Source of the DNA: Balamuthia mandrillaris
Taxonomy: Eukaryota
Assembly (NCBI GenBank): GCA_031835245.2
Contig: JAVKOQ020000111.1
Span: forward strand, 62,001-126,000
Length of the DNA stretch: 64,000 bases
Direction of reading: 5' to 3'
Position numbers and translations under genes: made by a program. Below are positions 38,165 to 49,430 of this stretch, piece after piece (within the stretch, counting starts at the first letter, position 1; every line of letters starts with the position of its first letter). The notes beneath the pieces were generated by a model. It had not been told where the DNA came from. It saw only the letters and a program-made list of their open reading frames with translations, and ran no database searches.

Positions 38165-38300
38165 AGGCCTGGATTAACGTCCGCAGAGGATGGAGGTCTC
38201 CGTCAGGCATTCTGAGGAGACAACAAAGGAGGTCTTCGTCTCCTTCCTCCTGCCCTACTTCAACGAGACGCTGCGTTACGATCCAGACCTAACCGGTTAC
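38165..38300 (+). pseudogene. Relic fragment of the surface-protein family C-terminal domain
   Basis: EVFVSFLLPYFNETLRYDPDL matches QVIVSFLLPHFTTSLSYDPDL of paralog 2 but has no TM segment or upstream exons. Confidence 0.6.
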
Positions 38301-38469
38301 CTTACCGTTCATTTCAACGAGGTGAAGCACGCCGGCGATAAGAGCTCTGCGTTGTGGAGACAACAAGGTCGGAGTCATCTCCGGTGCTGGCGTAGTTCGA
38401 TACTAGCCTTCTAAGCTGTATGTGATCTTAAACAGTTAAAAAAAGGATACAAATAAATGTACCATAAGC

Positions 38470-38999
38470 TCATTTTTCAGTTTGTTGTTGATCCAATAGT
38501 TGGAATAGAGGCTCAAATATGCTTCGTGGAAAGAGTTCTTTGACATCTCCTTTACGTAAAGAATCTAATAACAATCGCTGAAGAGTTGCTCTTGAAGCAG
38601 GGCTGTCACTGAGTCGATGTATTCTGTTGCATAAACAAAATATGTGAGACAAATCTCAACAAATACCCAAAAAATTAAAAGTAATAAAGATTTGAAAGAA
38701 GAAAGAGCAAAGACGAAACGAACACAAAATACAATGGACGGAAAATGTTCTCAAAGATATACCTGCAAAGTTCTTTGAGGTGCTCAAGCTCCATCATGCC
38801 CAAAACCTCCTCATCACTGTCCGAAAAGCGGGCTATGTGCAACAAATATCGTGACCAGGCGATGTGAGTAGTATAAAAACTAAGGTGCTTATTCTTGTAA
38901 CGCGTCTTCCAAGGTATCGTTGGATCCAGAATTACTCTCGGCAGTCCAAATCTTTGGACGTAGAGATGCTTCCAAAATGTCTAAAGGAGAGGGAGCGAA

Positions 39000-39041
<42 letters not shown>

Positions 39042-39056
39042 GAGGGCAAGGGACAA

Positions 39057-39088
<32 letters not shown>

Positions 39089-39153
39089 AGAAGAACAACA
39101 ACAAGAAGAAGAAGAAGAAGAAGAAGAACAAGGACAACAACAACAAGAACAAG

Positions 39154-39197
<44 letters not shown>

Positions 39198-39208
39198 GAA
39201 CAAGAACA

Positions 39209-39283
<75 letters not shown>

Positions 39284-39371
39284 GAAAGAAGAAGAAGAAG
39301 AAGAAGAACAAGAACAAGAACAAGAACAAGAACAAGAAGAAGAAGAAGAAGAAGAAGAAGAAGAAGAAGAA

Positions 39372-39403
<32 letters not shown>

Positions 39404-40127
39404 AGAACAAGAAGAACAGGACACAAACAAAGTGGATAGTGTAGAAAATTTCAAACAAACCTCATCTTGGAGCATAGAATAAATTTGTTTACAGGTTTGA
39501 GAATATCTGGCGATGTCGTCCAACGGCAAATAAGCAGAATAGTTGAGTACGATTTCTGGAGGTAGAACACTCCAAAAACTTTCTTGCTCAACATCTATTC
39601 TCACTTTCTTTTGCGCTCGTGCTTCTTCTTCTCCTGCTTCTCCAGCGTCAACTTCTTTTTCCTTTTCCTTTTCTCCTTCTTCTTTTTCTTTGCCTTTGCT
39701 TCGTCGTTCCTCTTCGTTGTCTCTCTTTCGTTTCTTTTCGTAGTGCCCTTCTTCTCTTTCGGCTTCCTCTTCTTCTTGCTTCTTTTGCTTTTCCATTGCC
39801 TCTTCTTTCTCTCTTTCTTCCTGCTCTATTTCCATCGACCTCTTTTTGTGCTTGTATTTGACCCATCCTGCCTCAAATCTTCCTGGAACCACTGGTTTGT
39901 CGTCTGTCCAACGGTCATCGTTGATAATGGTTGGAAAGGTGAATGGAAGAATGGGTCGCTTGTGGCGAGCATCTCGCAGCCATCGTTCCACAGCCATGCA
40001 TCTCTTGGCTACTCGTTCTTCTAGTGGAAGGTTGGCTAAAGCAGGATGAGTACCTTTGACCTTTTGAGTTTTATTCTATTTAATTTTTTAAAGAAGGAAG
40101 AACGAAGAAGAAAAAGAAAAAGAAGAA

Positions 40128-40158
<31 letters not shown>

Positions 40159-43100
40159 AAGAACAAGAAGAAGAACAAGAACAAGAACAAGAAGAAGAAG
40201 AAGAACAAGAACAAGAACAAGAACAAGAACAAGAAGAAGAACAAGAACAAGAACAAGAACAAGAACAAGAACAAGAACAAGAACAAGAACAAGAACAAGA
40301 AGAAGAAGAAGAAGAAGAAGAAGAAGAACAAGAAGAAGAACAAGAACAAGAAGCAAAAATGGTAGATATCCCACCCCACGACCATAAACTTCCCACCCCA
40401 CCGATAAAAATTCCACCCCTCAGGTAAAAGTCCCAACCTATTAGGGTGACATGAATTATGAGTAACTCTATCGTTACATTGCTACTGTGTTTCTCTTTGC
40501 TTGGCGAGAGGAATAACCGTTGTAAAAGAAACTGTCAGGAATTGAAAGCATGCTGTATCCTTGGTCAACGGTTATTCCTCTCACCATTCTTGCCCGCCAT
40601 ACTTTTCTTTTTGTTCCCGCCTTTTTTTTTCAATAACGTTACCGTTACTTTTTCTTGGGTTGTAAAAAGGTCTTCTTCTTTAACTTTTTTCTTTCAACTA
40701 GAAACAGCTACACACAACCATCACACACCTTTTTTGTTTGTTTGGCTTTTTGTTTTTTCCTTTTTTTTTTTCTAATTATGGAAGCGAAGAAAAAAAGATT
40801 TGCCGAGATTTACGGGTGGATTTTTGAACGAAAGGTTCCATTGCAGCAGCTTTCACGGTTGTACAATGGTGGAGAGGATGCTCCGACCTTTTATCGAGTC
40901 CAATGGAGATCAACTCGTGGGCTTACAAAGCGAACAGGAGTGAAGGTGCTTAGTAATCCGCGGACCACCCTTGAAGGAGTGAAAGGGTTGGTGGCGCCTA
41001 AAGTCAAGAAGGTGAAGAATGGGGTCCTTGAGGTTGCACTCAGCGAGAATCTTCACTGCTCTGGCGGCTTTGCCTGTGCTCCTCCTGCAAGAGGAAAGAA
41101 GAACAAAAAACTAAAGGACTGTGAAGTACAAAGCCGTTGGGTGGTGTTTAGAGATGAGCTAAACACTGCCTACATCTACATCCAGAAGGAAGCCCAAAGC
41201 CACGGACCGGGGTTTTGCGCGCCTTCCGCTTTGCCTATGACACCTGCGCTTCGGCAGTGGCTCCGCCAGATGGATGGGCAAGGAACAAAAGAAGACGGAA
41301 TGAATGGGAGAGGAGGAGCAATGACGGCGCACGAGCTGCAACGAATGTTGCTGGGGGGCGCTTGTGAGCTGGTCAAGGATGCTCGGGATGTACCCACTGT
41401 GCAGGAGATTGCCACTGTAATCCACAACGGAAGGAAAAAACTGCGAATCGGCAAGAAAGGGCAAACCAGAGCAGAAGCCCTCCAAGCGGCCTTGAATCGG
41501 CCAGAACTGGCTTCTACTATCCTTTTCCCACCTTTGGAGAGCCGTGAAACGTACATCCTTGATCGCACGGCGGCCCGTCGGCCATGGATGATTTTTCTGA
41601 TCGCGCCTTATGCAGTCACTGTGCTTCAGCGATGGGGTAAGGATGTAGTCGGCCTGGACAGCATCTACAAGCTATCCAAGTCACATCCCCCCGTTTGGGC
41701 ACTGGTGGTGCAAGATGACTTGGGACGGAGCTGGCCTGTTGCCTTCGCTGTTGCTAGCAAGGAACGAGCAGCAGTTGTGCGCTTTTTCCTTTCGTCTGTT
41801 CGTCACTTTTTTGAGACACAGACGACAACGATCTACTCCCCAAAACCTACGTGGCAACCCTTCGTAATGATCGACAAAGACAAGGTGGAGCGTAACGGGG
41901 CGACAAGTGCTGGCTTTCAGGTGGTGTTGTGTGACTTTCATGCACAACAACTGTGGAGAAAAAAAGTTGCGCAGTATGGTTTGTTCTCTCTCTTTCATGC
42001 ATCTGCTCTCTCCCTCTCGTTGTTGCTCATACAAGTAGAAACTAACAATAATACCAAACAACAAGGGAAGGATGATGGAAGTGTATTGGGTTTGTTAAAA
42101 AGACTGCAACATGCCATGACAGAAGATGCAGAGGAAGAACCAACAAAAGTGTTGAAGAACTATTGCCAAAAAAAGAGGATTACCCGTTTTTGGCAGTACT
42201 TTGACAAGAACTGGCTTTCTCCTCCATGGGCATCAACGTGGAAAAGCATTGATCGTCCTGGGTACCGAGAGGGCTTGTGGAATACCAACAATGCAACAGA
42301 GACGATCTTTCGTAGCATTCTTCGTGATTTCCCCTGCAAAGGCACCAAAGGGGATCACAACTTGGTCTTAACGCTAGCAGACAATGTGTTTCGCCGCTAC
42401 AATGTGGAGCTCAACCGCATCGATGTACTACAGCAACGCCCAAGCCTTGGTGTTTGCCGGCTTTGGAGGAGATATCAAGAGGGATTGCGGCTGGCACAGC
42501 ACCAACAGAGTGAGAAACAGAAAGAAAAAGAAGAAATAGAGAATGGCAGCAAAAACGATGACAACACCAACGACAGAGAGGAAAAAGAGGTAGAAGAAGG
42601 ATTGAACGCACATTTTGTAGAGCTTGCTGACGGCGTTTTCAAATGGAATGAGTACGACGTGACTATAGAATTGCCTTCATGCACCTGTCCTTACTTTCGG
42701 TATTATGGTAGGAGGTGCAAACACGTTTTTGGACTTGCTGCTCATCTACAGAAAACATTTTCAGATCAGACCCTTTTAGAGCTTGGGCTGAAAAGACAAA
42801 CAAGACGCACCAACAGCAGCACCTCACAAGTGGCAAGAATAGTTGAAGATGACATCGTTGAAGCAGATGATACTGACTCCCTGGAGCAACGTGTAGCGCC
42901 TGTTACCCTTGATGATGAAGATGTGGATGGAGAGGAGGGAGATGAACAGGACGAGGAACAGCAGGCGCTGCTACTGTTGGAGGAGCCATCGATGGATGAA
43001 CTTGGTGAGGACGACGGCGGAGATCTTGAGGAAGAAACTTCTGAAGGAGAAGAACACAACAATAAGAAAGAAGAGAAGGAGGAGAAGGAGGAGAAGGAGG

Positions 43101-44649
43101 AGGAGAAGGAAAAGGAGAAAGACAAACTGAATGCAAACAAAAATCAAGGAACAAAGCATCAACATCCAGTGGAGCCAAAAATCGAGTACTCTAGCAAGGA
43201 AGAAGCAGAACAAGCAATCGCATATGCTACAGGGAAGTCATCACCTGGGAGGCCGCGCAATACAACAAAGCGGCCGAAAGTAGCAACCAACCTGCGACTC
43301 ACAGAAGAATGTTTGCTTGAATTAAGTTAGTATCTCTTTTTTTTAAACAAAATCTCTCCCTCCTTTCCTACTTTTAGCTAACACCTCACACAAACACCAG
43401 AAACCGAACGTACCTTTCAATCAAATTTAACAAAACCTGAAACAACAAAGAAAAGGCAGCGGCGGTGGCGGCGGCTGCACCAAAAAAACAACAAAATCAA
43501 AAAACAAAAACGCAAAGTGGTATGTTTGTCACTTTTTGTATCAAGCAGATTCTTTTTCTGAAGTTGATTTTTGTCATTTTTGAAGAGTGCAAAGCAAAGC
43601 GTACCTCTCAATGGCAAAAGAACTGTAAAACGGAAGAGATCTATGGCGTCGCACCCGTGGTGAACTACCAGGATCCCCGAGTGGACAAAAGGAAGCCTCT
43701 CTCTCCAAAACGACAACTGAAGCCCAACCCACGGTACCAGAAAACCCAGGTCGTGAAGCTCCTCTCTCCTCAAAAAAAAGAACAGAACGAAGAAAAGGTG
43801 CCCAGCGTGACAAAGAAAAGACTGGCCAAAAGAACAAAACGAAAAAAAAAAGCCCCCTAAAAAATAAATTTTTGATTTTTCTGATCCCTTTTCTCCACTC
43901 TCTAAAATAATGGCCAGCGCACGCTTTGGTGGCAAAATAGCACAAAAATAATAGGTTGTTATAAATACATATTAGGGTGGGTAAATTACCTGAGGGGTGG
44001 GACGTTTACCGATGGGGTGGGACTTTTAGCGTTGTGGGGTGGGACGTTTACCCGATTCGCGAACAAGAACAAGAACAAGAAGAACAAGAAGAAGAAGAAC
44101 AAGAACAAGAAGAAGAAGAAGAAGAACAAGAAGAACAACAAGAAGAACAACAAGAAGCAGAAGAAGAACTAGAAGAAGAAGAAGACAAGAGCATGAACAA
44201 CAACAAAAAGGATGGTACCCAAAGCTCCAACTCAGGTAACCAACACAAAATATCAATAAGTCGTTGGATGAGTTCCTCCCTGTCTTCTGGCTGAACACAA
44301 AAGAAGCCTTCCACGTGTAGCAGGAGGAAACAAAGACAAAGACAAAGTAAGCGGTAAGGCCACCCCCTTTATCAAAAAAAAAAAAAAAAGAAAAAAACCA
44401 AAGCAACAACAACTCACCTTTGAAGTCATGCCAGTAGACGGCCACTACGTTGTTGCGAGCCTTTGGGATGAAGCACGCGATGTGAAAGGTGCGGGAGGAC
44501 ACGCCACCAGCGCCCCTGCTGTTCCTCCTGCGGCTTCTCTCCCTGACCCTGGCGGTGCCCACATGAATGGTGGCGCTGCAGTTCTTGCACAGGGACCTGT
44601 CGCTCGGTGAGTACTCAATCTCCCACCAGCCGTGCATGCTGCTGCTCAT
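38470..44649 (-). CDS. PARP-type zinc finger + F-box + SAP-like protein (about 430 aa, 5 exons)
   Basis: Exons 44649-44418, 44307-44219, 40060-39461, 38980-38763, 38623-38470 join in frame (1293 nt). Motifs: IEYSPSDRSLCKNC...FHIACF...GFFCVQPEDREEL; WSVLPPEIVLNYSAYLPLDDIARYSQTCK...DETFWK; MELEHLKELCRIHRL. Confidence 0.75.
40353..44060 (+). mobile_element. Mutator-like (MULE) DNA transposon, apparently full length
   Basis: Imperfect 88-bp TIRs at 40353-40440 and 43973-44060 (66/88 identical, ungapped, hand count); GAACAAGAA on both flanks (40344-40352, 44061-44069); internal transposase. Confidence 0.88.
40778..43330 (+). CDS. MULE transposase with SWIM zinc finger
   Basis: VVGLDSIYK (D1), VMIDKD (D2), LCDFH (CxxH), NTNNATE (E), SWIM CTC...CKH, acidic tail and GRPR. 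Probable in-frame intron ~41979-42065; the 3' end may splice onward to ~43860. Confidence 0.88.
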   Translation: MEAKKKRFAEIYGWIFERKVPLQQLSRLYNGGEDAPTFYRVQWRSTRGLTKRTGVKVLSNPRTTLEGVKGLVAPKVKKVKNGVLEVALSENLHCSGGFACAPPARGKKNKKLKDCEVQSRWVVFRDELNTAYIYIQKEAQSHGPGFCAPSALPMTPALRQWLRQMDGQGTKEDGMNGRGGAMTAHELQRMLLGGACELVKDARDVPTVQEIATVIHNGRKKLRIGKKGQTRAEALQAALNRPELASTILFPPLESRETYILDRTAARRPWMIFLIAPYAVTVLQRWGKDVVGLDSIYKLSKSHPPVWALVVQDDLGRSWPVAFAVASKERAAVVRFFLSSVRHFFETQTTTIYSPKPTWQPFVMIDKDKVERNGATSAGFQVVLCDFHAQQLWRKKVAQYGLFSLFHASALSLSLLLIQVETNNNTKQQGKDDGSVLGLLKRLQHAMTEDAEEEPTKVLKNYCQKKRITRFWQYFDKNWLSPPWASTWKSIDRPGYREGLWNTNNATETIFRSILRDFPCKGTKGDHNLVLTLADNVFRRYNVELNRIDVLQQRPSLGVCRLWRRYQEGLRLAQHQQSEKQKEKEEIENGSKNDDNTNDREEKEVEEGLNAHFVELADGVFKWNEYDVTIELPSCTCPYFRYYGRRCKHVFGLAAHLQKTFSDQTLLELGLKRQTRRTNSSTSQVARIVEDDIVEADDTDSLEQRVAPVTLDDEDVDGEEGDEQDEEQQALLLLEEPSMDELGEDDGGDLEEETSEGEEHNNKKEEKEEKEEKEEEKEKEKDKLNANKNQGTKHQHPVEPKIEYSSKEEAEQAIAYATGKSSPGRPRNTTKRPKVATNLRLTEECLLELS

Positions 44650-45020
44650 CTTTTGTTTTTTGGTTATTTATGAAACTGACGTGTGCAGTTGCCATTAAAT
44701 GGTGTGGGTGAGGTGTAACTTTCCAAACTTCGAATGCTGATCAGTCTGATTGATCTCTACTAAACAAATGGGCAATTCTTATCTCCTTCTTCTTCCTTGT
44801 TCTTCTTCTTGTTCTTCTTCTTCTTTTCGTTTGACTTCTCCTTCTCTTTTTCTTTGTTCTTGTTCTTGTTCTTCTGCTTCTTCTTGTTATTGTTCTTCTT
44901 CTTCTTCTTCTTCTTCTTCTTCTTCTTCTTCTTCTTCTTCTTCTTCTTCTTCTTCTTCTTGTTCTTGTTCTTCTTCTTCTTCTTCCTCTTCATCTTTCTC
45001 CTGTTTGATTACTTTCAGAG

Positions 45021-46462
45021 TCACACCTTCTGTAATACGAAACTCAAATACTGCAATTAACAAACAACCAGCAAAGCGTGAGAAAACGTTAAAGAAAACA
45101 AAAACAACAAAATGGGAGGCAGCAAGGTCCTTTCTCTCTTACCTTTGTTTCTCCTCTTTCAAATGATACCCGCATGTCAGTCCCTTCTAATGCATAAGCT
45201 CCTTTGGCAAAGCCTTTGAAGAAGGAATGCAGGTAGCCTTGCTTGGCGAACGTCTCCTCGATCAACTTTCTTTTTCGTGCTTCGTCGAGTTGCAATGAGC
45301 GTAGAACATTTGGCGTTATGTCCTCTTCGTTCAACATCTGCCAGGTTACATCGTGCGTAACGGTAAGAGAAAACAGCACAAGAGGAGTGAGAACAGCAGG
45401 AAAAAGGATTCAAAGAAGAAGTAGATACGGAGAAGGAGAACAGGAAAAAAAACGCAAGACAAAAAGAGGGGACCTTTAGACCGCTGTCCTTCAGTTGCTC
45501 TCTAAGAATGTTGGCAGACGCTGTCCTGACAAAACCTGCCATTGTGAAGTAACCGCCTTTGCGCAAGACTCGCCTCACTTCGGACAAGAACTTTGACATC
45601 GAACCATAGCAGTGTGCACTTTCCACATTCATTACTTTGGTGCAAATGTGTTGAAGAAGTTAAACAAAGATAACATGAGAGAGCGGTAGCAGAAGGAGAA
45701 GGATGAAACAAACCAACGTCTTTGGAAGAAGAAGGCACGTTGGCCAAGTTCTCAGCGTCGCCCTGTTGGAACTCAAGGTTGTGCCACCTCTCTGCGACCT
45801 CATCCTCTCCTTGCTTCTGGCAATGCCGTCGACGACAAAACTCGACCGCAGAACTGGAAAAGTCAACACCTAGCATGTGATTCGGTCGCAACACTCGACG
45901 CACGAAAGCTGCACCTCCACCTCTTCCCGACCCTATCTCTAAAATTTCTTTATCGCTTAGGTCTCCGCCAAAGGGAGTGGCAGACGCCACCTGAAGGTAC
46001 AATCGAAGTCCATAGTATTCTCCTCCTGCTTCTCCTTCGTCTGTATGATGTTCTTTCTTCAGCGTGGAGAGAGCTGCTTTGAACGCAGCATCTCCTGAAC
46101 GAGCAGAGGAGGAAGACGGGAGGTCGGCGTAACCGTAGTTCATACAGGTCCAAAACGGTTGCGGGTAGAACCGACCGAGATATTCGTAAAGCAAACGGCT
46201 GCCCCATCTCCTTGCACAACCAATGATGCCTCCCTTTCTTTCGGTTGCAAAAAAAAAAGACAAAAAGAAAACGAAGAAAGAAACAACGGTAATGAAAGGT
46301 GTCCATAACAAGGAAACAAAAATACAATGGAACTAACCCAGCAATGCCTTTCGTCACCAATTGAGTGGGATGGAGCCAGTCCCGTTCGCTGAATGTTTTA
46401 CGACCAAGGAGCATCGCACCGAGCAAGCCCATGCCAACACACGCCGACCACAGCAGCCACAT
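45021..46462 (-). CDS. Class I SAM-dependent methyltransferase, phthiotriol dimycocerosate/fatty-acid O-methyltransferase-like
   Basis: WTCMNYGY, LEIGSGRGGG, GVDFS, QGDAENL, NVESAHCY, EVRRVLRKGG, EDITPNV; N-terminal hydrophobic anchor. Confidence 0.85.
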
Positions 46463-46818
46463 CGGGTTTGTGTTGTTCAGAAGAGTTCTTTTTCTGTTTC
46501 TTTGATGAACCGCCTTCTTCGAGTTTCTTTTATGAAGGGTTTCCATCACGTGACGTGATTTTTTTAGCCTAATTGCCGGAATGACGATTCGGCTAAATGA
46601 ACGGATAAGGAAACTTTTACGTCACCGGGTATATTTTACCTATTAGGTTCATTCCGGAGAGGAGAGAAGACAAGAGCTACTGCGAAAAATTTGGGTGGGA
46701 TGGACAAGAGATTCCAGTGGAACGTGAACACGGCCTCAACCTAATATGCTATCCGCTATAGCGGTTCCTTTTTTTTTTCTTTTGCCTGACGTTATCTGTA
46801 CAGCAGAAATGAGAAAGA

Positions 46819-47678
46819 ATGGGGGAACATTACACTTCCAATAGAGCGATGAGCATGCAGGAAGACCTGGGTTTTGTATGGACTACACTTCTTCCAATGC
46901 TCGGTTGGAGCATAGTGTTTTACTATGCCTATCTCTTCATTGGTTATATTTTTCATCGCGTTGGTTTGGTTCTATCATCATCTTTTCTCGTCTCTTTGTT
47001 GTTCATATTTTTTTAACAAACAAACCAATGAAACAGTTCATTGCCCGCAGTCAGGTCCTTGTTACACAGTTCACATGAGGCATCACCTGCAAGAGTACCC
47101 TCCTACGGCCCTTCTTTCAGACACATATCGGGGCGAACGCCATGAATTCCACTATAAGAGTACTTCTATATTACTTCCGTTTCTTCTCTTTTTTTTGTGC
47201 ATACTGACTTTGATACCCATGCAGTACCTTTGGCAATGATGCCTTTGTTTGTTGGTTGGATGTTGTTTCCGTTTGATGTGGCGATTCTATTTACAGTGGA
47301 GCTCAGCTTCCTCAGTGCGGCGTCTCAATACTTGCACGAAGTACGTCCTTTTCACTTTCTTCTTTCTTCTTTCTTCTTGTTCTTGTTCTTCTCCTCCTCC
47401 TCCTTCTTCTTCTTCTTTTCCCCTCTGTTATTCTTCTTGTGTTGTTCTTCTTCTTCTTCTGCCGTTCAACTTCATTCATGTTTCCTCTGCTGTGTTTTGC
47501 TTGAAAGCGGTATCATTTAAAAGACCCTGGATGGCTAGCAACGAATCCTTTGACCCGACGACTCTTTCGGCAGTGGCAGCGGCAACACTTTATTCACCAT
47601 CGGGACACCACCTCCAACCTAACCATCGGCTGTGCCGATATCACCCCAGACCTTGTCTTTGGCACCGCTTCCACCTGA
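46819..47678 (+). CDS. Fatty acid hydroxylase / sterol desaturase superfamily membrane di-iron enzyme
   Basis: Four His boxes after splicing: HRVVH, HMRHH, HERYH, HFIHH; C-terminal DLVFGT. Confidence 0.8.
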
Positions 47679-47898
47679 CACCGTGCAACACGAATAAGGT
47701 TTTTTTGATTTTTCATTGGCCAAGAAAAACCACATTGATTTCCCATTGGAAGATCCTATCTATCATCTATGACATCATCATATACTTTTTTTGATAATAG
47801 TGACGTGAGCGTTACACATTTTTCTGTTTATTTATTTGTTTTTTTTGTTTTTTTTTATCGTTCAACAGCGAACAACCGAGTCGTTACCGGCAGAAGAG

Positions 47899-48572
47899 AT
47901 GAGGTTGTTCGGGCAAGCCAGGGCCTGGATAAGGAAGACGCGCTTCTGGGCGGTGTTGTTTGTGTTGGTCTCCAAGGAGTTCCTGTTCGACCGGTGGCGC
48001 TTGGACCAGGCCAAACGAAGGACATGGCCTCTCGCCTTTGAGTTTTGCATCGTGCTCGTTCGGTACTCTCTTTTCTTCTCCTTCTCCCGCTCTCTTGCTC
48101 TCTCGCTCTCGCTCTCTCGTTCTTATGACAAGTTTGTTGTCTTTAAGGGCGATGTTTAAAGCTGGAACGCCACAGCAGGGACAGATAGCTCAGATCCGCC
48201 AACGCATGGCTATTCCTATGAAGCTCCGAACGCGCGCCACTTTTACTCGCGTGTCCATCCCGGTGCTTCGCCAACGGATCACGATCAATGAGGACGCGAT
48301 GGAAGAAGACCACCAACAAGAGGGAGAGGAGGACGTGTTTGAGGAGCAGGTGCTGGTGGAGGGAGAATGGGTGGAGCACCCGAGAGCACGTGGCAGCTCC
48401 AGGGTTCTCTTCTACTTGCATGGCGGAGGATACTGTCTGTTCTCCTCGCAGACGCATCGCAACATCACTTCGAAGCTGTCAAAAGCCACCGCAACCAAGG
48501 TTTTAGGTTTGTTTTTTTTTTTCGGTTCTCTCTTTATTCCTTCTCTCATTGTTGGCCTTTCTTTCTTTGCAT

Positions 48573-48617
<45 letters not shown>

Positions 48618-49398
48618 CTCTGTTCTCTCTCTCTCTCTCTCTCTCTAACGCATTTATTGTTGTTTGTTGCTTAACAGCCATAGACTATCGTTTGGCCCCA
48701 GAGAACCCTTTCCCAGCAGCGCTGGAGGACAGCGTGGCTGTCTACAAATGGCTGTTGAGCGAGGAGGGAATGGGCATCCGTCCCACCTCCATCCTCATCG
48801 GCGGCGACTCTGCTGGTGGAGGCTTGTCCCTCGCCACCATCTGCTACCTCCTAGACCATGGGTTACCCCTGCCTCTCGCTGCTATTTGTATATCTCCTTG
48901 GGTACATCCCTTTACTTGCTTTTCCTCCTCTTCCTCTTCCTCTTCCTCTTCCTCTTCCTCTTCCTCTTCCTCTTCCTCTTCCTCTTCTCTTCCTCTTCCT
49001 CTTCCTCTTCCTCTTCCTCTTCCTCTTCCTCTTCCTCTTCCTCTTCCTCTTCCTCTTCCTCTTCCTCTTCCTCTTCTCTTCCTCTTCCTCTTCCTCTTCT
49101 CTTCCTCTTCCTCTTCCTCTTCCTCTTCCTCTTCCTCTTCCTCTTCCTCTTCCTCTTCCTCTTCCTCTTCCTCTTCCTCTTCCTCTTCCTCTTCCTCTTC
49201 CTCTTCCTCTTCCTCTTCCTCTTCCTCTTCCTCTTCCTCTTCCTCTTCCTCTTCCTCTTCCTCTTCCTCTTCCTCTTCCTCTTCCTCCTCCTCCTCCTCC
49301 TCCTCCTCCTCCTCCTCCTCCTCCTCCTCCTCCTCTCCTCCTCCTCCTCCTCCTCCTCCTCCTCCTCCTCCTCCTCCTCCTCCTCCTCCTCCTCCTCC

Positions 49399-49430
<32 letters not shown>

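Noticed and set aside
40361..40440. Short spaced repeats as a CRISPR-like array
   Set aside because: Spacers are only a few bases, the array is mirrored as an inverted repeat, there are no cas genes and the context is eukaryotic.
43977..44056. Similar peptides GKLPEGWDVYRWGG... and GLLPEGWNFYRWGG... (40436, minus) looking like a duplicated gene
   Set aside because: They are translations of the two transposon TIRs.
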